64,000 bases of DNA from Nitrospirota bacterium (GTDB taxonomy: Bacteria; Nitrospirota; UBA9217): NCBI GenBank assembly GCA_963845065.1, contig CAWJQQ010000001.1:1216001-1280000 (forward strand), read 5' to 3'. The notes below the pieces were generated by a model that saw only the letters and a list, made by a program, of their open reading frames with translations, was not told the origin of the DNA and did no database searches. The position numbers were made by a program, and so were the translations under genes. Positions 17,794 through 26,676 of this stretch are shown piece by piece (position 1 is the stretch's first letter; the number at the start of each line of letters is the position of its first letter).

Positions 17794-20445
17794 ATGTCCA
17801 TTCAGACCGAAGTTTCCCTTCAAAAACTTCCTCCACAGAACATCGAAGCCGAACAGATGGTTCTTGGCGCTGTTCTGATTGAAAACGATTCTATTAACAA
17901 AGTCATAGAAACGCTGTCTGCTGAGGATTTTTACAAAGATACACACCGCAAGATATTTACTGCTATGCTCGACATGTTCGAGACCGGCGAAGCCATTGAC
18001 CTTGTGACCTTGACCGATGCGCTTCGTGGGAAAGTTGGCCTTGAATCTGTGGGAGGGCCGTCTTATCTTGCCCACCTCGTCAGCCTCGTACCGACGGCCG
18101 CGAACATCAAAAATCACGCCAGGATCGTGCGCGAGAAATCGGTCTTGCGCCAGCTTATTCACTCATCGACGGACATCATCACCCAGAGTTACGATGACAC
18201 GAGATCCGTCAACAGCGTCGATGAACTTCTCGACCGGGCCGAGGAATCGATCTTTAAAATATCGCAGCAAAAGATGCGTGACTCTTTTGTCGCGTTGAAG
18301 GACATAGTCAAAAGCAGCTTTGAGACCATTGAGCGGCTATACGAGCGCAAAGAAATGGTAACTGGCCTTCCTACGGGTTTTCACGACCTCGATAAGATGA
18401 CCTCCGGCCTCCAGCCGAGCGACCTCATCATCATTGCCGGCAGACCATCTATGGGGAAAACAGCGTTCTGCCTGAACATCGCGGCACATTCAGCAATGGA
18501 CCACCACAAGTCCGTGGCAGTTTTCAGCTTGGAAATGTCCAAGGAGCAGCTCGTTCTCCGCATGCTCTGCTCCGAGGCGCGCGTGGATGCGCACAAGCTG
18601 CGCTCGGGCTTCCTGTCAGAATCGGACTGGCCAAAACTGACCATGGCCGCTGGGCGTCTGTCCGAGGCGCCCATCTATATCGATGATACGGCAGCGATCT
18701 CGGTGCTTGAGATGCGCGCCAAGGCGAGACGACTCAAGGTCGAACATGGACTAGACCTTATTATCGTTGATTATCTTCAACTCATGCGCGGCCGCAGCGA
18801 TTCCGACAACCGCGAGCAGGAAATTTCGAACATTTCCCGTTCGCTCAAGGCTCTTGCGAAGGAACTCAAAGTTCCGGTAATCGCGCTCTCCCAGCTCAAC
18901 CGTGCCGTAGAAACACGAGGCAAGGACAAACGCCCGATGCTCGCCGATCTTCGTGAATGTGTTACCGGTGACACCCTGGTCGTGCTGGCAGATGGCCGCC
19001 GAATTCCAATTCGAGAGCTTGTGGGACAAGCGCCAAGTGTTGTATCGCTCTCGGAAGATGGCCGTCTTCTAACGACCAAAGCAGAGAAAATCTGGCATGT
19101 GGGCCGAAGGGATGTACTTAAAATCCAACTTGCGAGCGGCCGGATTATTCACACAACCGCTAATCACCGTCTGCTTGGATCCCGGGGCTGGTGTGAAGTC
19201 GGCGACCTCAGTAGCGGTGACAGGCTTGCTATCGCCCGCGAATTACCGCAGCCCAAGAAAACTGAAAATTGGCCTGAGGCACATTTGATACTCCTTGGAC
19301 ATCTCATCGGTGACGGCAGTTATCTGTCCGGGCAGCCCATGAGATATACAACAGGCTCAGATGACAATAGCCATATTGTCTCCGAATGTGCACAAAAAGA
19401 GTTTGGTTCGATAGTGACTCGCTACGCCGGGAAAGGCAACTGGTATCAGCTTGTCATCAGCGGCAATGGGAATCGTTGGCATCCGGCTGGTATCAACAAG
19501 TGGCTTCGGGAATTGGGCGTTTTTGGCCAAAGATCATTCGAAAAGCGCATTCCTAGAGAAGTTTTCCGGCTTAGCAATAAGTGTATAGCCTTACTACTCC
19601 AGCATTTGTGGGCTACTGACGGGACGATTTCTGTACGTAAGACTGGCCAGCGAGGCGGACATGGTGTTCATTTTTCTACTAAGAGCCGCGGTCTGGCCGA
19701 AGACGTATCTGCATTACTGCTGCGACTTGGCATTGTGGCTCGTATCCATATGGTACAGATGAAAGGATATCGTCCCACATATATGGTTTGGGTGCAAGGC
19801 GTAGTGGGCCAGAGCCGTTTCCTGGCGAAGGTTGGAGCTTTCGGTCCACGTCGATATCAAGCAGAAAGACTTACGGAAGTCTTGACTAACATAGTAGCCA
19901 ATACGAACGTGGACACGCTTCCAAACGAATATTTCAAAAGAGTGAGTCTATTGATGCAGGAAACCGGTATCTCACAGCGACGAATGGCCGCGATGCGTGG
20001 AACGTTATATGGTGGTTCATCGCATTTCCATTTTTCTTCCTCACGCCAAGTGCTCATGACTTATGCGAAGACTATCCATGACGAAGCACTGCGACAGCAG
20101 AGTGCAAGTGACCTTTTTTGGGATCGTGTGGTGGGAATTGAGCCCGTAGGAGAGGATGACGTGTACGATCTCACTGTGCCGGGGTCGGCATCCTGGCTTG
20201 CCGACGGGATAGTCAGTCACAATTCCGGTGCGATAGAACAGGATGCGGACGTGATCATGTTCATCTATCGAGACGAGGTTTACAATAAGTGCGAGTGTCC
20301 TCACGATGGGGAATGTCTCTGCGGCAAGAGGGGAGTTGCCGAAGTGATTATTGGCAAGCAGAGAAACGGACCGATCGGTATTGTGAACATGACGTTTATG
20401 CATAAATATACCCGTTTCGAAAGCTCTGAAAAGCGGAGTTATTAA
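17794..20445 (+). CDS. dnaB: Replicative DNA helicase DnaB (intein-containing)
   Basis: PPQNIEAEQ, AGRPSMGKT, FSLEM, VDYLQL, LSQLNR, LADLRE|intein|SGAIEQDAD, KQRNGP. Confidence 0.98.
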   Translation: MSIQTEVSLQKLPPQNIEAEQMVLGAVLIENDSINKVIETLSAEDFYKDTHRKIFTAMLDMFETGEAIDLVTLTDALRGKVGLESVGGPSYLAHLVSLVPTAANIKNHARIVREKSVLRQLIHSSTDIITQSYDDTRSVNSVDELLDRAEESIFKISQQKMRDSFVALKDIVKSSFETIERLYERKEMVTGLPTGFHDLDKMTSGLQPSDLIIIAGRPSMGKTAFCLNIAAHSAMDHHKSVAVFSLEMSKEQLVLRMLCSEARVDAHKLRSGFLSESDWPKLTMAAGRLSEAPIYIDDTAAISVLEMRAKARRLKVEHGLDLIIVDYLQLMRGRSDSDNREQEISNISRSLKALAKELKVPVIALSQLNRAVETRGKDKRPMLADLRECVTGDTLVVLADGRRIPIRELVGQAPSVVSLSEDGRLLTTKAEKIWHVGRRDVLKIQLASGRIIHTTANHRLLGSRGWCEVGDLSSGDRLAIARELPQPKKTENWPEAHLILLGHLIGDGSYLSGQPMRYTTGSDDNSHIVSECAQKEFGSIVTRYAGKGNWYQLVISGNGNRWHPAGINKWLRELGVFGQRSFEKRIPREVFRLSNKCIALLLQHLWATDGTISVRKTGQRGGHGVHFSTKSRGLAEDVSALLLRLGIVARIHMVQMKGYRPTYMVWVQGVVGQSRFLAKVGAFGPRRYQAERLTEVLTNIVANTNVDTLPNEYFKRVSLLMQETGISQRRMAAMRGTLYGGSSHFHFSSSRQVLMTYAKTIHDEALRQQSASDLFWDRVVGIEPVGEDDVYDLTVPGSASWLADGIVSHNSGAIEQDADVIMFIYRDEVYNKCECPHDGECLCGKRGVAEVIIGKQRNGPIGIVNMTFMHKYTRFESSEKRSY
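18958..20223 (+). mobile_element. Full-length intein (422 aa) with LAGLIDADG homing endonuclease
   Basis: Starts Cys (CVTGDT), block B TANH, endonuclease motifs LLGHLIGDG and LLQHLWATDG, block F VYDLTV, ends His-Asn with Ser at +1. Removing it restores LRESGAIEQDAD. Confidence 0.95.
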
Positions 20446-20695
20446 CTGGTACAGTGGCGACCGGAGCCACATCAGTTGCAGTTTTTCAGGAGTTATTGTA
20501 TGTAACCGGCATTGGTAAAAAAATATGAAGGCCAAATCGTTTATAATCTGGCGGTCCCGTCTTTACAGGAAAACACAGATAATCGCGGTATTAATCTCGA
20601 ATCTGGCCTCTATTCTTCACGTCTACAAGGAACCAGTGGTTCATGGTAGTGCCAAATGATTTAATACTTACGTAATTTAACCAGGGAGGCAACCA

Positions 20696-21478
20696 GTGGC
20701 TTCTGAAAAAGCAGCAATTTCTGAAAAAGTACAAAAATTTATCAGCAAGTCGGACTGGAAATCAGCCATTGCAGAGATGGAAAAGCTCTTTGCCATTGAC
20801 CAAGACCCCATCATCCGAGTGAGAATCGGTGATGCACACCAAAAACTGAATCAGAAGGCCGATGCTGTCAAGGAATACGTTCGGGCCGCCGACCTGTACG
20901 CAGAGAAGGGGTTTGTGGTTAAAGCTCTGGCACAGTACAAACTAGCGCTGCGGCACGATCCGGCGAACAAACAGGCACAGGCCCAGATGGAGCTGCTCCA
21001 TTCCAACAAGACTGTCTCCGAACTCAAGATTGAACCGATTGAAGAGGGAGCGGTGGTGTCGACACGGAGTGTTATTCCGCTCTTCTCCGATTTTACGCAG
21101 GAAGAATTCAACGAATTTACCAAGCGGATGATCATCCACACCTTGCCGCCCGGAAAACCCATTATTAAAGAAGGCGATACCGGCAGCTCGGTCTTCATCC
21201 TGACTCGGGGCGCCGTTCACGTATATGCGACTGTCACTGGGAAAAAAATCGAGCTCGCGACGCTACAACACAGCGATTTCTTCGGCGAAATAGCATTTCT
21301 CACTGGCAGACCCAGGACTGCGACCGTTGAGACAACTGAGGAGTCTGACGTTCTCGAGGTCGACGAAGAGGATCTTAACGAAATGATTCGCAAAAGCCCT
21401 CGTATCCTCGACGTTTTGCATAATTACCACGAGAAAAGGGCCAGGAGCACATTGGAAAAAGTTCGAGAGGCGATATAA
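20696..21478 (+). CDS. TPR + cyclic-nucleotide-binding domain protein (one module, no HTH)
   Basis: Helical N-terminus (RIGDA…A…Y…KALAQYKLAL), then IPLFS…IIKEGDTG…FFGEIAFLTGRPRTATV. GTG start after GGGAGG. Confidence 0.85.
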   Translation: MASEKAAISEKVQKFISKSDWKSAIAEMEKLFAIDQDPIIRVRIGDAHQKLNQKADAVKEYVRAADLYAEKGFVVKALAQYKLALRHDPANKQAQAQMELLHSNKTVSELKIEPIEEGAVVSTRSVIPLFSDFTQEEFNEFTKRMIIHTLPPGKPIIKEGDTGSSVFILTRGAVHVYATVTGKKIELATLQHSDFFGEIAFLTGRPRTATVETTEESDVLEVDEEDLNEMIRKSPRILDVLHNYHEKRARSTLEKVREAI

Positions 21479-21525
21479 CGCTGAGAACATGGCGAATTCA
21501 TTGCTCCGAATGGAGATCCACCCGC

Positions 21526-23280
21526 ATGTCATCCGAAAAAACGCAGCTGATCGATACGATTCAAAAAAACCTGGGCAAGTCCAACTGGAAAGCCGCAATT
21601 GCCGACATGGAGAAGCTGTTCGGGCTTGAGTCCGATCCTATTATACGGGTCAGAATCGGAGATGCGTATCAGAAGCTGAACCAGATTATCGACGCTGTGC
21701 GCGAGTATATCTATGCAGCAGACCTCTTCGCGATTAAAGGTGTCATCGTCAAGGCATTGGCCCAGTACAAACTTGCTCTCCGGCTGGACCCAAAGAACAA
21801 GCAGGCGCAGGACAAAATATCGTCTCTACATTCGAATAGGGCGATGACGGAAAAGAAGCCGGAGCCGACGGAAGAGGGCGCCCAGAAGCCGGTCCGAAGC
21901 GTCATTCCACTGTTTGCAGGATTCTCCCAAGAGGAATTCGAAGACTTCACTAAAATAATGGCCGTTCATACCCTGCAGCCGGGCCACATCATCATGAAGC
22001 AGGGTGACACTGGCAAATCAGTCTATATTATTGCGAGCGGCACCGTTAAGGTTCATGCTGCGTCGCAGAGCGGCGAGCGATTGGATTTGGCGATGCTCTA
22101 CCCCAACGAGTTTTTTGGCGAAATATCCTTTCTGACCGGTAAATTACGGACCGCTACGGTTGAAACGGCCGAAGAAGCCGTCATCCTGGAAGTGACCGAG
22201 GATCAACTTCGCGACCTGATCAATCGCAGGCCGCGTGTCCTGCAGGTGCTGCAACAGTATTCCGATGCCCGCGAGATAGAAACAATCAAGAAGATGCAGG
22301 CGACGCAGAATCCGGTAGAGCAGCCGGCTTCCGAAGTTCAAAAAACGGCGCAAGCGCCGCAAAAAGCGCCGGAAAAGGCGTTACAGGCTTTTTCTGAGAA
22401 AGCTCCACCTCTGCAGAAGCCTCCCGATATCTCGGCGCCGGGTGCCGTACAACCAATGTATAAAGGCCCGGCAATCAGCCCATCGGACAAGCCGAAACTC
22501 ATCGACGTAATACAAAAATATGTAAGCAAATCGGACTGGAAATCAGTCATTACGGAGATGGAAAAGCTTTATACGATCGATCCTGACCCCATAATCCGCG
22601 TCCGTATTGGAGATGCATACCAGAAACTGAACCAAAAGCACAATGCAGTGCATGAATACATGATGGCAGCGGACCTCTATGCCGATAAAGGCGCGGTGGT
22701 CAAGGCCCTTGCCCAGTATAAGCTGGCATTGCGCGTCGAGCCGGGGAATAAACAAGCGGAAGAACGGATCGAAGCGCTGCATTCAAACAAGACGGTGAAA
22801 GAAAACCGAGTAGAGCCCGTTGAGAAAGAAACTGTAGAGAAAGAAACTCCAAAACGTGCTAGCAGTGTTATCCCGCTTTTTGCTGGTTTCTCGCAGGAAG
22901 AATTTAACGATTTTACGAAGGTGATGAACGTTCACCCGCTCCCGGGAGGCTTATCGATCGTCGAGCAGAATGACCAGGGGAAATCGGTATATTTGATAGC
23001 AAGCGGGTCAGTTAATGTTTTCACGACGCTTCTCTCCGGCGAACGAGTGGACCTTGCGGTTCTCCGGTCAGGCGATTTCTTCGGAGAAATATCTTTTCTT
23101 ACCGGAAAACCCCGCACAGCCACGGTCGAGACCGCTGAGGACGCAGTCATTCTGGAAATAACGGAAGATAATCTCCGCGAGATCACTTCCCGACGGCCCC
23201 ATATCCTCAGCGTGCTTCAGCAATTTTCCGATATGAGATCGAAAGGCACAACTGAGAAAATTCTCGGTTTGAATAAGTAG
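21526..23280 (+). CDS. Tandem (TPR + cNMP-binding)x2 protein with Pro/Gln/Ala-rich linker
   Basis: Two copies of the same module as the upstream gene (DPIIRVRIGDAYQKLNQ…KALAQYKLALR…IPLFAGFSQEEF…FFGEISFLTGKxRTATVET). Confidence 0.85.
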   Translation: MSSEKTQLIDTIQKNLGKSNWKAAIADMEKLFGLESDPIIRVRIGDAYQKLNQIIDAVREYIYAADLFAIKGVIVKALAQYKLALRLDPKNKQAQDKISSLHSNRAMTEKKPEPTEEGAQKPVRSVIPLFAGFSQEEFEDFTKIMAVHTLQPGHIIMKQGDTGKSVYIIASGTVKVHAASQSGERLDLAMLYPNEFFGEISFLTGKLRTATVETAEEAVILEVTEDQLRDLINRRPRVLQVLQQYSDAREIETIKKMQATQNPVEQPASEVQKTAQAPQKAPEKALQAFSEKAPPLQKPPDISAPGAVQPMYKGPAISPSDKPKLIDVIQKYVSKSDWKSVITEMEKLYTIDPDPIIRVRIGDAYQKLNQKHNAVHEYMMAADLYADKGAVVKALAQYKLALRVEPGNKQAEERIEALHSNKTVKENRVEPVEKETVEKETPKRASSVIPLFAGFSQEEFNDFTKVMNVHPLPGGLSIVEQNDQGKSVYLIASGSVNVFTTLLSGERVDLAVLRSGDFFGEISFLTGKPRTATVETAEDAVILEITEDNLREITSRRPHILSVLQQFSDMRSKGTTEKILGLNK

Positions 23281-23311
23281 ATCATACGTTAACGATACCT
23301 GGGAGGTCCCC

Positions 23312-24181
23312 ATGATTCGTTCACCGGCAGTAGCAGGGCACTTCTATAAAGCCAACCCGGAGGATCTCAAAAAACAGGTTGAAGGCTTTATCATTTCAGG
23401 AGCAATCAAGAGGAAGGCAATCGGCATCGTTGTTCCTCACGCCGGGTTAATCTATTCAGGGGCAGTAGCCGGGGCAGTATATTCTTCCATAGAACTTCCG
23501 GATACCCTTGTCCTAATCGGCCCTAACCATACCGGCCTCGGTGCAGGGGTCTCTCTTATGGCCAACGGCAGCTGGGAAACGCCGCTCGGCACTGTGGAAA
23601 TAGACGAAGGTTTGGCAGCTTCCATTCTTTCGCAATCCCGACGCATTCATGAAGATTCAATTGCCCATCTTCGGGAACATTCCCTTGAAGTCCAGCTGCC
23701 GTTCATCCAATATTTTAAAAAGAAGTTCAAAATTGTACCGATCCAGATGCTTGATACACGGCTTGAAACCTGTCTTGATGTAGGCAAGGCAATAGCAGGG
23801 GCGATAAAAGTGGGAGGCCCGGGGCCAAGAGGCAAGGAAAAACAGGGTGATCAATCTGAAATCAACGATGCGAATACCGCAATACGTAACGTCGTCATTG
23901 TGGCAAGCTCGGATATGAGTCATTACGAAAAGGCTGAAACGGCAAAAGAAAAAGATTCAAAAGCCATTCATTCCATCGTTAAGCTTGACCCTGAGGGTCT
24001 CTACCGTGTTATCAGAGATTATGAAATTACCATGTGCGGATATGGCCCTACAGTGGCAATGCTTGTAGCCGCGAAAATACTCGGGGCCACCAATGCCGAG
24101 CTTATCAAGTACTCCAACTCCGGAGAAACGAGCGGAGACTACGACAATGTTGTCGGGTATGCCGGAATCCTGATTATGTAA
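23312..24181 (+). CDS. amrB: AmmeMemoRadiSam system protein B (MEMO1 family)
   Basis: RSPAVAGHFY, VPHAGLIYSG, GPNHTG, EHSLEVQLPF, ASSDMSHY, MCG, VVGYA. Confidence 0.93.
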   Translation: MIRSPAVAGHFYKANPEDLKKQVEGFIISGAIKRKAIGIVVPHAGLIYSGAVAGAVYSSIELPDTLVLIGPNHTGLGAGVSLMANGSWETPLGTVEIDEGLAASILSQSRRIHEDSIAHLREHSLEVQLPFIQYFKKKFKIVPIQMLDTRLETCLDVGKAIAGAIKVGGPGPRGKEKQGDQSEINDANTAIRNVVIVASSDMSHYEKAETAKEKDSKAIHSIVKLDPEGLYRVIRDYEITMCGYGPTVAMLVAAKILGATNAELIKYSNSGETSGDYDNVVGYAGILIM

Positions 24182-24262
24182 CTTGTTACTTATCATGGAA
24201 TAATACCACCCAATCCTCTCTCTATTTTCGCATAATAATGCATAAAAACAAGTACTTTATTA

Positions 24263-24279
24263 TTGGCACACCTGTTGCA
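24263..24279 (+). promoter_or_regulatory. sigma-54 (-24/-12) promoter upstream of the minor pilin operon
   Basis: TTGGCACACCTGTTGCA: exact GG-N10-GC spacing, matching TGGCAC-N5-TTGCA, in an AT-rich intergenic region. Confidence 0.8.
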
Positions 24280-24479
24280 TATATTTATGCGTAATGAAAT
24301 ACTTTAATAGCTATGTAGTGTTTAGCAATATTATTTCCATCTGCTCCACAGAAACGCTGCTCCTCCAAGGGTTTCACATCGGTTTCAGTGATGTGATGAC
24401 TACGTGCGGATACCAAGACATGGTTAATGAATTTTGAAGCAGAAGCGTTGTTTGAAATTGTGTCGGGGGCTGCTTTATT

Positions 24480-24956
24480 ATGATTAAGACGAAAATCGCA
24501 AGAAGTGATAAACGGCAGAAGGGTTTTACGCTTTTGGAAGTGATTGTGGCAGGCGGCATCATATCAGCAGTGATGCTGGCGATTGTGCCTCTTCTTGTTC
24601 AATCCTATAAAATAGACAAAGCGACTGCGTACCGGGTCAAGGCGCAGGCTCTTACTGCACAAAAAATGGATGACATTATATCTCTTAGCGGCAGCAACGC
24701 TGACCAGTATGGGAATCTCATTTGTCAGGGGAATTCCGATAATGGAACTCTCTATAATGGACCCTATGGCGATGTCACTGATTTAGAGACTGGACTTCAA
24801 ACAAACGTGGTGACTGCGCTAACGAGAACGTGGCAGATTGTGCATCTTACTCCGACAGCCGGCGCGACGGACCTCTGCCAGATTACCGTCTCCACCTCTT
24901 TTACATATCAGGGTCAGACAATGTCATTTCAACTAGTTTCAGAACGGGGAAGATAA
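24480..24956 (+). CDS. pilV: Type IV minor pilin, PilV-like
   Basis: Class III signal KG|FTLLEVIVA with Glu5; first gene of a V-W-X-Y1 array. Confidence 0.75.
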   Translation: MIKTKIARSDKRQKGFTLLEVIVAGGIISAVMLAIVPLLVQSYKIDKATAYRVKAQALTAQKMDDIISLSGSNADQYGNLICQGNSDNGTLYNGPYGDVTDLETGLQTNVVTALTRTWQIVHLTPTAGATDLCQITVSTSFTYQGQTMSFQLVSERGR

Positions 24957-24957
24957 T

Positions 24958-26001
24958 ATGCTGAAACTAAATATCTTAAAAAGCAAAAATACTTCGGGTA
25001 TAACTCTTATCGAGCTGCTGATTGCAATGGGAGTATTCAGCATCATGATGCTCACCTTTTACACATCCTTTGAGTCCACCAGCCAAAATGTGAGTGATCT
25101 GGCTGTCAAGCAGGAGATGACGCAGAAAGGGCAGCGAGTGCTGGATTATATCGGTGAGCAATTACGGCTGGCCGGGTTATTTGTGGCAGCAACGCCGAAC
25201 GTTAATTTTTGTCCTAACATTAGCAGTTTTGCTCCTTCGGTCCAATCTATTACTATGAGCATGGTCGCAACGGATGCAAATCCTTATGAGACGATTTCCT
25301 TCCTTACCTCTGAACGACTAATAACGTCAACACAAGGCTCTCCGTACCTGCAGACAACTTTACCTGCGGGTCAGACATCTACTATTCTGACAGTTAATGC
25401 ACCAATCGGCAGCGCGGGCGCCATAATCCCTGCTTCCGTTGGAAGCCCAAATGCCAATTCCTTAATAACACTTGATACCCTTCAACCGAATCTTGGAAAC
25501 CTCGTATATCAGGTTACCCCTGCTTCCGGCGGGAGTAACCTCACCATCTCTCCAGCGTTAAATCAAAATGTAAATGCACACAGCAATCTTTACGCGGTGG
25601 TCATGAAACAAATATCGGTAGATACGAACAGAGATCTTATTCTCACCAGATGGGACAATCTAGCGTCGGGGCCCTGCAATACCTCATCAGTTTCTCTTGT
25701 CTCATCCAGTGGACCGAATTTCGCGAATGGTGGTGTTGACGGGTTTGCAGTTGAGTTTGTATTGGCAAACGAAGCCCCTATTACTCAAAAGTCTGTGATC
25801 CAATCAACTGATATCGCAAATATCAAGGAGATAATTATCTGGATCCTTCTTCGTTCCGATTTCCCGGCCAGCAATAAGTATGTAAATTCGAATACCTATA
25901 CATTTGGGCAACAGACTCAAATTGTCCTCCCCGCTTTTAATGATAACTACAGAAGGCTGCTCCTAAGCAAGTCCGTGGAGGTAAAGAATGTCGGATTTTA
26001 A
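24958..26001 (+). CDS. pilW: Type IV minor pilin, PilW-like
   Basis: SG|ITLIELLIA, EQLRLAG, C-terminal YRRLLLSKSVEVKN typical of PilW; 347 aa. Confidence 0.8.
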   Translation: MLKLNILKSKNTSGITLIELLIAMGVFSIMMLTFYTSFESTSQNVSDLAVKQEMTQKGQRVLDYIGEQLRLAGLFVAATPNVNFCPNISSFAPSVQSITMSMVATDANPYETISFLTSERLITSTQGSPYLQTTLPAGQTSTILTVNAPIGSAGAIIPASVGSPNANSLITLDTLQPNLGNLVYQVTPASGGSNLTISPALNQNVNAHSNLYAVVMKQISVDTNRDLILTRWDNLASGPCNTSSVSLVSSSGPNFANGGVDGFAVEFVLANEAPITQKSVIQSTDIANIKEIIIWILLRSDFPASNKYVNSNTYTFGQQTQIVLPAFNDNYRRLLLSKSVEVKNVGF

Positions 26002-26608
26002 TCATCGGTTGGGTGAAAGGGGCATTGCACTGGTGATGGCACTGTTGATTACTGCAATCATCGGTTTGATGGCAGCCGCTCTGTCCTACACCATTTCCTC
26101 CTACTTGAAAAATCTCGCTATGGTCAGGGAAAAAAACCAGGGTTATTATGCGGCGGTTGCCGGAAATGAAGAGGTACGAGACTACCTTTGGAATAATAGC
26201 TGCGCTCCACCTAGTTGGTGTGGCTTGTTGGGGGTGGTCACAAGCCCGACAAGCTCTGCTTACATACGACAAACGGCCAATATGCAATTTAATTTGGCTT
26301 TACCTTTGCAGACCACCGCTTCACAGAACGGCATCGGGTCAAAGACCGGTTATATGTGGAATTTCTATCTCAAGGACAATGATGATGGAGATGGTGATTA
26401 TACCAACGACAATGATGGAATTATCCTTGCCTCGGTAGTGGTGAATGACCCCAACAATAACACAACGACGACGGTAGAAGCGATGTTTATCTTCACTGCA
26501 AATAACAGCATCTACTCTCAACTTGGGGGAGGGCCTGCGAAAACAAACAATACGTCGCAAATCGGCTCCGGACAAAGCTCAGGCAATACGGTACAAACTA
26601 CAATGTGA
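25988..26608 (+). CDS. pilX: Type IV minor pilin, PilX-like
   Basis: RG|IALVMALL lacks Glu5 (a PilX hallmark); YYAAVAG motif; overlaps pilW. Confidence 0.8.
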   Translation: MSDFNHRLGERGIALVMALLITAIIGLMAAALSYTISSYLKNLAMVREKNQGYYAAVAGNEEVRDYLWNNSCAPPSWCGLLGVVTSPTSSAYIRQTANMQFNLALPLQTTASQNGIGSKTGYMWNFYLKDNDDGDGDYTNDNDGIILASVVVNDPNNNTTTTVEAMFIFTANNSIYSQLGGGPAKTNNTSQIGSGQSSGNTVQTTM

Positions 26609-26676
26609 CAGATTTATTACTGTTAACGTATAGTGAAAGAATTATGGAAAGACATCGAGTACCTCGGAGGTGTGCA

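Noticed and set aside
20696..23280. cNMP proteins as CRP/FNR transcription factors
   Set aside because: Each module ends shortly after the cNMP domain C-helix, with no HTH.
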